Positions 17,536 through 28,735 of a DNA stretch of 64,000 nucleotides are shown one piece after another (positions within the stretch are counted from its first letter, which is position 1; each line of letters begins with the position of its first letter). The notes below the pieces were generated by a model. That model was not told where the DNA came from, did no database searches, and was given only the letters and a program-made list of their open reading frames with translations. Both the position numbers and the translations under genes were made by a program. Origin of the DNA: Macrostomum lignano (Eukaryota); contig NIVC01001054.1 in NCBI GenBank assembly GCA_002269645.1, positions 1 to 64,000 on the forward strand. The letters are read 5' to 3'.

Positions 17536-18438
17536 TTAGTGATAATTAATAGAAGCAGCAATCTGCTGGACGGCGGAGCGCCTGCGGGCAAAAGCTGCAT
17601 CGTCCAGGAAATAGCGGAAGACGGAATCGGAGCGCCAGTCACCAAGGCAGCGGATGTCGGCCACGGAGAGGCCACCCCGGAAGGCGGCGCTGGCTCCGCC
17701 CCTGCGCAGACTGTGGCCAGAGATGTTTTCCTCAGCAGGGATGCCGCAGATCGACAGGCCCCGCTTGAGCAGCCGGATGAAGGTCGAGGCAGCCAACGGG
17801 ACTCTGCGGGCGCCCAGGACAGCAAAGAGAGGCTGGTGCGACCGGGCAGATCGGTGGGCAGTCGGTGCATTGCGGAAGGAACACCAGCAGCTGACGCTCC
17901 TTGAACTGGTTTGTTTGTTGGTTTGTTTGCCGAGGCAGGTCGACAGCGCGCCGCGGCGCAAAGCAACGCCAGCGGTAGACGGAAGAAGCTCGCCCAGACG
18001 ACGGACGCCCCACCAGGCAACCAGCAGTGCAGCCTTGAAGGCCACGAAGAGGCGCCGGGGCAGCAATTGCTGAATCAGAGGGCTGTTGCAGAGCAGGCGG
18101 CGATGATGCGGCTGCAGTGGCTCTGCCCTGCGTGGCTGCCTGCTTAGTAGGCGTCGGGCTCCGCGGCAGACGAGAGCCAGTCGGGCGTTGTCCTTGGTGG
18201 GGTCCGGTGCTGCCGTCGCCCTGTGGATGAAGGACACTGCGCTGAGGCTGGTCTGCACGCTTGAGTAGGAGGCGCAGCCTCGCTCCAAAAGGAAGGCGGT
18301 GAAGTTGCAGACGTCTGACTTCGATGCGGCCGTGGGGAAGACCCGCTGCTGTCGACAGAACTCCCTCCAGAGCTGCAGGTGGCTGGCATACGACTTCCGG
18401 GTTCTGGGTGCGAGCGACAGGCGGCACAGGATGGGCAC
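17536..18438 (-). CDS. Tyrosine recombinase of the YR retrotransposon (internally frameshifted)
   Basis: LAPRTRKSY N-terminal motif, GVRRLGEL (catalytic R region), GHSLRRGGA (HxxR) and GDWRSDSVFRY (W, Y). Confidence 0.92.
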   Translation of the reverse strand: MPILCRLSLAPRTRKSYASHLQLWREFCRQQRVFPTAASKSDVCNFTAFLLERGCASYSSVQTSLSAVSFIHRATAAPDPTKDNARLALVCRGARRLLSRQPRRAEPLQPHHRRLLCNSPLIQQLLPRRLFVAFKAALLVAWWGVRRLGELLPSTAGVALRRGALSTCLGKQTNKQTSSRSVSCWCSFRNAPTAHRSARSHQPLFAVLGARRVPLAASTFIRLLKRGLSICGIPAEENISGHSLRRGGASAAFRGGLSVADIRCLGDWRSDSVFRYFLDDAAFARRRSAVQQIAASINYH

Positions 18439-18549
18439 GGCGTGGCGGTGGGGAGCGCGGCTGCGACCTGTGAAAGAAGAGTGGTGCAGGACGCGGCAGA
18501 GATGGTGTGCGAGACAAATTCAGTAGGACAGACACACAGAGAGCCATAG

Positions 18550-19290
18550 TGGCGACAGCAAAAGTTCACGAGCTCATGCTTTGAGCTCAGTATCTGAGAG
18601 GCCGAGTCGCTAGTGAGCTGCATGTGACCGGGAAGATGAAACGCCTGTAGCTGGATCCCAGATTCGAGGCACAGGAGGGCCACCGTCTGGTAGATTCGAA
18701 TAAGCGATGGATGCCTGCAGGACAGCTTGTTGATCATGCCGACTGCAGCCGTGCTGTCGGAGTAGACCACCGCCCGGCTGTTGCTGAGCTGCTCGTGGAA
18801 GCGCAGGATGGTGAGGAGCGGAGCCAGGGCCTTCTTGTAGTTGATGTGGAGGTCTTTGAACTCTGACTCAAAGTCGTGCTCCCAGCTGAAGTACACCCAG
18901 TCGTTGAAGCGGGTGCCGCTTACGATGCCAGCGGCGCCCTCGGAGGTGCTGTCGGGCTCGATGGCTACCAACTGATGAAAGCGCGGATGCAGCGGCGTAG
19001 GTGGCAGCGAATCCACTGCCTGCAGCCACCATTGCAGCAGCTCGCGAGCTTCTTGAGGCAGCCGGAGATCCCGACCGTCGCTGATGAGGTCAAAAAGCGG
19101 GCGAAGAAATGGACGCAGCAGTTTGTTGATCTGGCCCAACCAGCACAGCTTCCCGGCCAGCCTCTCCAGCCGCTTGAGCTTGACGATCTCAGGGGAGAGG
19201 CAGTCCTTCAGCAAATCCCTGGTGCTGGCGGTCTTGTCCATGGGCAGCGACAGTGTGCCGTCAATTGTGTCGATTTGAACGCCGAGGATT
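18550..19290 (-). pseudogene. RT thumb and RNase H region of the YR retrotransposon
   Basis: LGVQIDT..LSLPMDK, LAGKLCW, PDSTSEGAAG, HINYKKALA (expected catalytic E appears as K), SDSTAAV and HLPGHMQLTSDSASQ. Confidence 0.88.
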
Positions 19291-19800
19291 CGGTGTCAGC
19301 TGCGAAACACCAGCTGAGGCCCGTCAACGCCTGATCGTCCGGGTGGATGCCGACAGAGCGGTAGGCCTGCTTCAGATCGACCTTGTCTATAAACGAGCCG
19401 GGCCGGATGTGATGCAGCAGATCCTGCACGGAGGAGAATCTCAGACTCCGCTCCTGCTGATAGCTGTCGTTGACCGAAGAGCAGGAAGGACTGGACAGAT
19501 CGTGAATTATCCGAACCCTGCCGTCAGACTTAGGGATCGCGCCGATAGCATTCACCATGACGCGTCCGCTAGCGGGTTTTAAGCGGCCAAGACGGAGCTC
19601 TTCGGAGAGTTGCTTGTCAACCTGCTCGGCATGGTCAGTAGCAGAAAGGTAGTTGGAAGAATGCGTGAAGGCAGGCGGAGGCTTGTTGACGAGGCGGAAG
19701 CCGTTATGAAGGCCTTTTCGGAGGAATCTCTCGTCTGGGTCGTTGCGTAGCAGAAGATTCCAAGAAGCCAAGTTCATGTCAGAAGACAGCACCCGATGCG
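19291..19800 (-). pseudogene. Reverse transcriptase N-terminal half; LPFG and YxDD motifs deleted
   Basis: DPDERFLRKGLHNGF, GAIPKSDGRVRIIHDLSSP..SVND and KVDLKQAYR, followed by an abrupt frame change to LGVQIDT at ~19291. Confidence 0.9.
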
Positions 19801-20103
19801 GCGGGGGAGGCAAGTCGGTGAGGGGATGCAAGCAATGGGATGGGGGCGGGTGGTGGCTATATTAATTTAAAAGCATGGTGGCTATAAAATAAATCTAGTT
19901 TTTTTATCCCTCCGCCGCATCGCTGCTCTGACGATGCAGTTGGGCGGGATGCGGCTTGCCGCAGCCAAGCAGCTAGCAGACGTACCGGTACCTGCAGCTG
20001 GACCGTTGACAGCCAGCTGTTGAGTTGAAGCTCAGGCAGACGGGCGCCTGCGGCTGCGAGATACCGGATCGGTTCAAAGTGACCTTCAGATTGCGTGGAG
20101 CGT

Positions 20104-20948
20104 TCAGGTGGCGATGGTACAGCTGCGGGGGTTCGCACCCCCACTGATGCAAGTCTCTGACTCGGCCATCAGCTTTCCCCTGTAGTCTTCATCGAACTCC
20201 CACACAACGTTTGGGCTGTAGTTGGCATCCAGGAGTTCGCCGACCTTCTGGGAGTACAGCAGGTAGCTTCTCAGCTGGCTGGTGTTCACAAACCCGTCGT
20301 CATTCAGATAGATGAGCGAGCCGTTGTCAATCAGGCGCTGTAGGATTTGAGCATTGCCAGAGCTCCATTGGCCGGTGAAAATCTTGCTTATGTTTGGCGG
20401 CTGCTTTTTGAACACCAGGTTGCCGTTTTCCACGCAGGCGGTCAGGCTCTCGCTTGACTGATTCGCGTTGGGCTTGACAAAGTCTCGGATCAGGTAGGCC
20501 CGGCTGCGCTTTCTGGCCGACTGACCGCTCTCTACACCTGCGCAAAATAAAAAGGCCTTATGCACACCAGCAGGAAAAGCTGTAGGCTCACCTTGAGAGG
20601 AGGCAGCAGTCAGTCTAGCTGATTCCCGTTGAGCTCGCGCTGCAGTTGAGCACGGCGCCGCGTCAGCGCCTTGATTTCCAGCTCTTCGACCTCCTAATTC
20701 CGCAGAGCCGCCAGGTCGCCAGCCGCCCCCCCCCCGTCGCCTCGTGCCCGCCTGTTGACTGGTCGTCGATGATTCCTGCATCAAGATCAGTCGAGCCGGA
20801 GCTGTCAGAGTCGGCTGCAGGAGCTTCAGGAGCAAGTGCGGCGGCATAGCCGTTCGTAGAGCTGTTGTTTGCAGCCTGTTTTTGGGAGACCGCGCTTGGC
20901 CAGCTCTGCTCTGAGCTGTCTAGCTGTTAGTGCGCATACACTTTCCAT
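20104..20948 (-). pseudogene. gag-like ORF1 with N-terminal SAP domain (frameshifted)
   Basis: ATG at 20948 gives MESVCALTARQLRAELAKRGLPKTGCKQQLYERL (SAP motif). The C-terminal W..GNAQIL...YLLYSQKV...WEFDEDYR block resembles Ngaro-type gag as I recall it. Confidence 0.75.
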
Positions 20949-21925
20949 GGTTGCTGACAAATAAAAAAATTTGCTAATAAAGAATCTGAGCACTTGCACA
21001 CAGACGGCCAAGCCAGAAAATACTGGGTTTAAGAACCTCCGGCACGCGGCGGGGGGGGGGGGGGCGGAGGAGTGGTGGGCGAAGGGGGTGGGGTAGGGTT
21101 AACACACTTTACACTGAGGCCCACGGAGCAGGCCTAGTGTAAAGTAGACAAAGTAAGTCTTCTGTAGGGACAACTAAAACATATGGTGTCCACAACTTTT
21201 TTACCATGATTTGGCGATCGTTTCGCGTCCCGAGTGTTTTAGTTGTCCCTGGTCTTCTGCATGTACTGATGGCACAAAAACAATCGATTAGCATACCATA
21301 GTCTTCCCAAATGCAACTAAAAACATAAAGACAAAATGGCTAGAAAATTATGGTGACGAAATGTAGCTAACTTGCCACTTTACGCGCAGCAATTGTGCAA
21401 TACAGGCAGAATTTAAAATACATTGAGTTTTTAGCTCACAGAAATAAAAGTAATTAAAATTCGTTAAATGATTTTTTAGTGTAAAGCAAAAGATTTATTT
21501 TAAAATTCTTTTTTGATTTAAATAATTGTTACCAGCCAAAAGATTTAAATCTATCAGTTTTACACGAAATAATAAAAAGAGGAACATTAATAAATAGGTT
21601 CCGTTTCCGTTTTAGTTACATTGTGGGAGCAGAAAAAGGGAAACAGAGATATATAGCTCAGTTGCGTGTTATATTGAACCTTGAGTCTTTTCGTGAGTCT
21701 TGTGAATCAAATCTTTTTTGCGATTGGTTTGCAGAAATAAAACTTCCTTTTTTCTCAAGACTAACTTCTGTTCTGATTCTAAGTGAGTTGAGTTTTTTAG
21801 TGTTTCTGAAGTTCGAAACACAACACTGGATATATTGACATTTTATTGTTAACTACTTTAGTTGTAAATTTAAAACCGACTATCCACGTATACAATATTC
21901 CATAACTTACTGGTTGACAGGTACA

Positions 21926-24900
21926 ATGGCTCATGCATATCCAGGTACAGCTATCTCAGGAGATGAACAACATGAAGAGAACGAAAATACAGATGAATCA
22001 CATCGGAAGCGGAAGCTATCGTAAGTATATTTCTATGCTGCCAGCTGCTACAACTGAAGTTTTAACTAAACTCTCATGGGCATAGCTTTCTATCTTGTAA
22101 TTTTTTATATTGTGCAATGTGAATTGGCAAACTAAGTATTAAGGTAAAATCAGGTTAATTTTTTTATTTGTTGAGGCAATTGAGAGAAAAAGTTTAAATA
22201 AGATAAAATCTATGTAACAAATCTTTAAAATTCAATCACTCCATATAAATGATAAATTAGTTAGAGTAGGCCTATCCTTTCATTCAACTCCCACCTTAAA
22301 TAGTCCTTAGGCCTAGCACAATTTCAAATTTAACAAATATTTTAAGAAGATTTTCTCAATTAGGGCCTAAGCCTATTCAAAATTATTTTTTATTCCTATA
22401 ATTTTTTATTGAACTTGGTTTCTTGTGTTAGGCATTCTGACTCAATCATCTAAAAATAACTTTTATTTAAAAAATTAATTTTAAAAATAATCTCATGCCT
22501 TAGTTTTGATTATGGCTATCACTGTAGTTTCATACATTAAATTATTTTGACTCCAGAAAAGTAATCTACAAAATATTTTGAGTACAAGAAACTACTTTTA
22601 AAAGACTTAAGCCTGATTAAGCACTATATTTCTATGCTTCAAAACTTTTTATTTTTAAAAAGCCAATTTGCTTTTGATTTACAGTTTAACTATCAGAGGC
22701 CTGCAACCAACTGTAACTTTTTCAGTACCAGTGGCCACTCACTCTATGAGCTGTTGGGTCTGCAAAAAGAGGCCACAGATGAGGATATCAAGCGAGCATA
22801 CCGCAAGGTAGACAGAGATCTTATTAGCCAGATTATCAACCAATTGTATGCTTTCAAGGCACTTGTTTTAGTTTTCAATTCAAACATATTTCTTTTTTAG
22901 CTGGCACTGCGCTACCATCCAGACAAGAACCCTGACCCTGCGGCTGCAGAAACTGTGAGGCATCTGTGATATTTTCATCAAATTACATTGTATCTATTTT
23001 TTAGGCCTAATCTGTAGCCTAATCTCATTGTGTCTTTATTATAATCAGTCTTGGGCACCAGTCCATTAATCAGTGCATTAGGCCTAATCCATTATTAAGT
23101 GTTAAGGTTTTTTGCACTAATGGATTAAGGAACTTTGCATTAATAATTTTTCAATTGAACAACAAATTAATTGTTAACATCAATGACAATGCCAATGAGA
23201 CCAAATATGCAAATAAAGGACAAAATATAATTTACAATTTACAATAGTACAGATAGGCCTTAATTATTAAATTATTATCTTTGCTTATGATAATGATTAT
23301 GCAAATTAGCAATTTTTTTCTACAAACTTTAATTAATTAAAATATGAAATAGATATCTTACTTTATACATACTTTTTAAGTATTTTACATACACGATTTT
23401 ACTTGTTATTTGTTACTTTTTAGCTCAAAAATTTTGCTTTGGATTACCTCTCAGTGTCAGATAAAAATATGGAAAAGCAATGACTGTATTATGAAGTCTA
23501 TTTTTGGAAAAAGTGCAAAATTCCTGATTTTGGGACTAACACTTATTAACAATTGTCAGTTAACTTTCAATCAACTTAACAAAATTAAGAGTTTAAGTTG
23601 AGATTTTTTGCTCAAATGGCTACTGCTTTTGCTATTAACGGGAGTTAAAATTTTCATTAATGGTGCCCAACACTGATCTTATCTCGCTATATTAATATTT
23701 AAGCTCGGTATATAATCTCGCTGTGTCAGTATCTAATCTCACTGTGTTAGTACCTAATATCACTGTATCAGTATCTAATCTTACCGTGTCAGTATCTAAT
23801 CTTTATAATCTAATCTACTTATGAAATTCGCATTAAGACTGCAATTTACTCCATTAATTTTTTCTCAACTTTCGAAACCAACTTTTTCGCATTCACAGTT
23901 TAAGGAGATCAATCGGGCTCATAAAGTTCTCAGCGACCCCACTAAGCGAAAGATTTATGATCAGTATGGCTCGGTTGGACTGCAGCTTGCCTCACAGATT
24001 GGCGAGGAAAACATGAGCGCCTACTTGATGATGCAGCATCCTTGTTTCAAGGTGAGCCGTCGTGTTTGATAATCTAGGGGTGAGATTTTCCTTCCTGATA
24101 ATCTAGGGGTGAGATTTTCCTTCCTGATAATCTAGGGGTGAGATTTTCCTTCCTGATAATCTAGGGGTGAGATTTTCCTTCCTGATAATCTAGGGGTGAG
24201 ATTTTCCTTCCTGATAAGCTATGGGTGAGATTTTTATGTGTGATAATCTATGGGTGAGATTTTCTCGTGTGATAATCTATGGGTGAGATTTCTCGTGTGA
24301 TAATCTATGGGTGAGATTTCTCGTGTGATAATCTATGGGTGAGATTTCTCGTGTGATAATATGTGGGTGAGATTTCTCGTGTGATAATATATGGGTGAGA
24401 TTTCTCGTGTGATAATATGTGGGTGAGATTTTCTCGTGTGATAATCTATGGGTGAGATTTCTCGTGTGATAATCTATGGGTGAGATTTCTCGTGTGATAA
24501 TATGTGGGTGAGATTTCTCGTGTGATAATATATGGGTGAGATTTCTCGTGTGATAATATGTGGGTGAGATTTCTCGTGTGATAATATATGGGTGAGATTT
24601 CTCGTGTGATAATATGTGGGTGAGATTTTCTCGTGTGATAATCTATGGGTGAGATTTCTCGTGTGATAATCTATGGGTGAGATTTCTCGTGTGATAATCT
24701 ATGGGTGAGATTTCTCGTGTGATAATATGTGGGTGAGATTTCTCGTGTGATAATATATGGGTGAGATTTCTCGTGTGATAATCTATGGGTGAGATGATAA
24801 TCTATGGGTGAGATTCTCATGTGTGATTATCTATAGGTGAGATTTTCGTGTCTGATAATCTATGGGTGAGATTTTCTCGTGTGATGATCTATCGTGTCTG

Positions 24901-25680
24901 ATAATCTATGGGTGAGATTTTCTCGTGTGATAATCTATGGGTGAGATTTTCGTGTGATAATCTATGGGTGAGATTTTCGTGCCTGATAATCTATGGGTGA
25001 GATTATCGTGTCTGATAATCTGGGGTGAGATTATCGCATTGAATAATTGAGATTCGTGTCAAACAAGCGAGAAATCCAGCTCCCCATCGCTGGCAACCCT
25101 CATCTCTAATTCCAGTGCCTCATGATCTGCTGCTTCCTCTTTACCGGCTGCTGCTGCTGTTGCTGCTGCTGCCTCTGCTGCTGCTGCTGCTGCGGCAAGT
25201 GCAAGCCGTCCGATGATGAAGACGAAGATGGAGATCCGTTCGAAGTGAGGGCGGTGACAGCTGCAGGCCACATTGACAGCGCCTGTTTGGTGGCTTTTTA
25301 GACTCTAATAAAGGGGTAGACTTAAGGAAGTAGACTCTGAGGGAGTATAATTTAAGGGGGTAGAACCTACCTAAAGGAAGAAGGTAGACTCTAAAGTGGT
25401 AGACAGTAAATAGAGAGACTCTTAGGGGTAGACTAAGAGGGTTGGCTAAGGGAGTAGTTATAAAGGGGTAAAAACAGGAGGTAGAATCTCTCACTGACTG
25501 CCCAACCTTTCTCTCTCCAAGCAGCCAAACGATGACTCAGGCCAAGACTCTGAGCAGCCACCGGTCGTTGTAGCGCAGCCCGCTCCCACCACCGCCGCAC
25601 CCACCGTCATCGCTGCCCCGCCGCCTCCGGCCTACTCGTCGTCAAATGCCGACGCAGATGACGTCAAAATCACCGTCTGA
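21926..25680 (+). CDS. DNAJC5: Cysteine string protein (DnaJ subfamily C5), ~222 aa, 6 coding exons
   Basis: Exons 21926-22020, 22726-22807, 22901-22954, 23899-24051, 25116-25244 and 25525-25680 are in consistent phase. They encode LSTSGHSLYELLGL, a J-domain HPD (YHPDKNP), GEEN linker and cysteine string GCCCCCCCCLCCCCCCGKCKP. Confidence 0.96.
23046..23675. mobile_element. MITE-like element (hAT-like CAG termini) in DNAJC5 intron 3
   Basis: 14-bp TIRs CAGTCTTGGGCACC / GGTGCCCAACACTG (1 mismatch). The 3' ~200 bp recur in diverged form at 44350-44573. No clean TSD. Confidence 0.6.
23690..23810. repeat. Short 21-bp tandem repeat ATCTAATCTCACTGTGTCAGT (~5 copies)
   Basis: Read directly. Confidence 0.75.
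24066..25040. repeat. Minisatellite, 28-29-bp unit GATAATCTATGGGTGAGATTTCTCGTGT (DNAJC5 intron 4)
   Basis: Read directly. Confidence 0.96.
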
Positions 25681-25859
25681 CGATTTTGAATATCCGCTGA
25701 CGCCTGATGCTGGGCTGGGCGGCTCTCTTTGAGCTCTGCTGCTCTGACATGACGCTTTGTAACTTTTTCAAATCAGTGGGACTTTTCTCAACTCCTAGTG
25801 TGTACTGTGTTCTTATCTTAGTATTCTTATTTATTTAGTTAGGGCCGCGATGAAAGTCT

Positions 25860-26855
25860 AGTGTGTGATAATCTATGGGTCAGGTTATCATGTGTGATAA
25901 TCTATGGGTCAGGTTATCATGTGTGATAATCTATGGGTCAGGTTATCATGTGTGATAGTCTATGGGTCAGGTCATCATGTGTGATAATCTATGGGTCAGG
26001 TTATCATGTGTGATAGTCTATGGGTCAGGTTATCATGTGTGATAATCTATGGGTCAGGTTATCATGTGTGATAATCTATGGGTCAGGTTATCATGTGTGA
26101 TAATCTATGGGTCAGGTTATCATGTGTGATAATCTATGGGTCAGGTTATCATGTGTGATAATCTATGGGTCAGGTTATCATGTGTGATAATCTATGAGTC
26201 AGGTTATCATGTGTGATAATCTATGGGTCAGGTTATCATGTGTGATAATCTATGAGTCAGGTTATCATGTGTGATAATCTATGGGTCAGGTTATCATGTG
26301 TGATAATCTATGGGTCAGGTTATCATGTGTGATAATCTATGGGTCAGGTTATCATGTGTGATAATCTATGGGTCAGGTTATCATGTGTGATAATCTATGA
26401 GTCAGGTTATCATGTGTGATAATCTATGGGTCAGGTTATCATGTGTGATAATCTATGGGTCAGGTTATCATGTGTGATAATCTATGGGTCAGGTTATCAT
26501 GTGTGATAATCTATGGGTCAGGTTATCATGTGTGATAATCTATGAGTCAGGTTATCATGTGTGATAATCTACGGGTCGGATTATCGTGTGTATTTAATCA
26601 TGCATCTATGGGTGAGAATATCTTGTGTGATAATCAATGAGTGAGATTATCTTGTGTGATAATCTAAAGGTGAAATTTTCTTGTGTGATAATCTATGGGT
26701 GAGATTATCGTGTCTGATAATCAATGGGTGAGATTATCGTGCCTGATAATCTATGGGTGAGATTATCGTGTCTGATAATCTATAGGTGAGATTATCGTGT
26801 CTGATAATCTATGGGTGAGATTATCGTGTCTGATAATCTATGGGTAAGATTTTCT
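25860..26855. repeat. Minisatellite, 29-bp unit GTGTGATAATCTATGGGTCAGGTTATCAT, related to the intron-4 array
   Basis: Read directly; shares the GTGATAATCTATGGGT core. Confidence 0.96.
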
Positions 26856-27944
26856 TGACTGATCCAATGAGATTTTTGTGGAGGTTTGTCGGATTCTCTT
26901 AGTTAATTTTGAATAATTAGCAAAGCACAAATATTCGGAACAAAGTTTGCAGAATTTGCAGAAAGTTTCCACACTTGCCTCAACTTTGCCGCCTAAAATT
27001 GTGTCCTTGTGTCTTTACATTTCATTGATTGTGATATAACAAATTTAACTAAACGCTTGCTATAATTAATGCTCAAGGTGCTGCTTATAAACCAATCAGT
27101 TCTGAAAGCCTGATATGTAGTTATCAACATATAATGTACATTTGTTAAAGTCGAATGTTTAGCTTGTTTCGTCTGTTCCTCAACCTCTTAGCCACCGACT
27201 GTTAGTATGCTACTTTTTTTTGTTATTATGTTATTGTTATAATTATTGCTACAAATTGTGGCAGTTTTATCTTGCAGTATAATGTGGATAGCGAAATTGT
27301 TACCTTGTTTCACAGTGACATATAGTGTAGTAAAGTAGATTTTTTTACTCAAAGACTCATTAGCTTTGATTTTATTGTTTAGCTAATAAATTTCATTTGA
27401 TGCGTTCCAGTTGAAAATCTGTAAATCTTTTCTTTAGGCTAAGGGAATCAGAAAAGAGTGAAATTGAGAGTAGGAAAAAATTAAAATAAATTAAAGGGTT
27501 GATGGGGTAGATAGAGATAGATGGAAGGGTAGATTGGGGTAGAATGATAGTAGATCTGGTAGAATAAGGGCAGATGAGGTAGAATCAAGGGTAGATAGGA
27601 GTAGAGTGCGGGTAGATATACATCTAGGGTAGAATAAAAGGTAGATAGGGGTAGAATGAAGGGTAGATAGGATTACATGCGTAAACAGAATTGTGTAGAA
27701 ATGGGTAGAACAGTCCGTAGGCAACACAGATGGACGGAGAGGCGTACATGGAAGAGCTTAAGTGTGTATTAATTTTTATATATCATGTGGCTAAAGCGTA
27801 CTTATGTTTTGTTTTTAATGTATTATTCAGTAATAGCAGTAATTTTGACACGGAACACGCCCAAAAGTTCGAAATATGATCAAATTGTTTATTGTGTGCT
27901 TGTTAATTTTGCATTCAATATTTCAAGCGCTTGTTTTTCAAGCG

Positions 27945-28735
27945 CTGATCTGGGAGGGTGGTAGAGTCCTACCTGAGATCTGGGAGGGTGATAGAGTCCT
28001 ACCTGAGATCTGGGAGGGTGGTAGAGTCCTACCTGAGATCTGGGAGGGTGGTAGAGTCCTACCTGAGATCTGGGAGAGTGGTAGAGTTCTACCTGAGATC
28101 TGGGAGGGTGATAGAGTCCTACCTGAGATCTGGGAGGGTGGTAGAGTCCTACCTGAGATCTGGGAGGGTGGTAGAGTCCTACCTGAGATCTGGGAGGGTG
28201 ATAGAGTCCTACCTGAGATCTGGGAGGGTGGTAGAGTCCTACCTGAGATCTGGGAGAGTGGTAGAGTTCTACCTGAGATCTGGGAGGGTGATAGAGTCCT
28301 ACCTGAGATCTGGGAGGGTGGTAGAGTCCTACCTGAGATCTGGGAGGGTGGTAGAGTCCTACCTGAGATCTGGGGGGGGGGGGGCCTACCTGAGATCTGG
28401 GAGGGTGGTAGAGTCCTACCTGAGATCTGGGGGGGGGGGTTGGGGCCTACCTATGATCTGGGAGGGTGGTAGAGTCCTACCTGAGATCTGGGGGGGGCTA
28501 CCTATGATCTGGGAGGGTGGTAGAGTCCTATACCTGAGATCTGGGGGGGGGCTACCAGCTACCTATGATCTGGGAGGGTGGTAGAGTCCTACCTGAGATC
28601 TGGGGGGGGGGGGTTGGGGCCTACCTATGATCTGGGAGGGTGGTAGAGTCCTACCTGAGATCTGGAAGGGTGGTAGAGTCCTACCTGAGATCTGGGAGAG
28701 TGATTACAGTCCAACCCGAGATCTGGGGGGGGGGG
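27945..28735. repeat. Minisatellite, 30-bp unit GAGATCTGGGAGGGTGGTAGAGTCCTACCT
   Basis: Read directly; 10-aa periodic ORFs. Confidence 0.96.

Larger units (their letters stand above)
17415..21102 (-). mobile_element. Tyrosine-recombinase retrotransposon (DIRS order, most like the Ngaro group), defective
   Basis: gag, RT, RNase H and YR lie co-oriented on the minus strand with YR overlapping the RNase H frame. Boundaries are inferred from the GC shift and short inverted G/C-rich termini. Confidence 0.9.
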
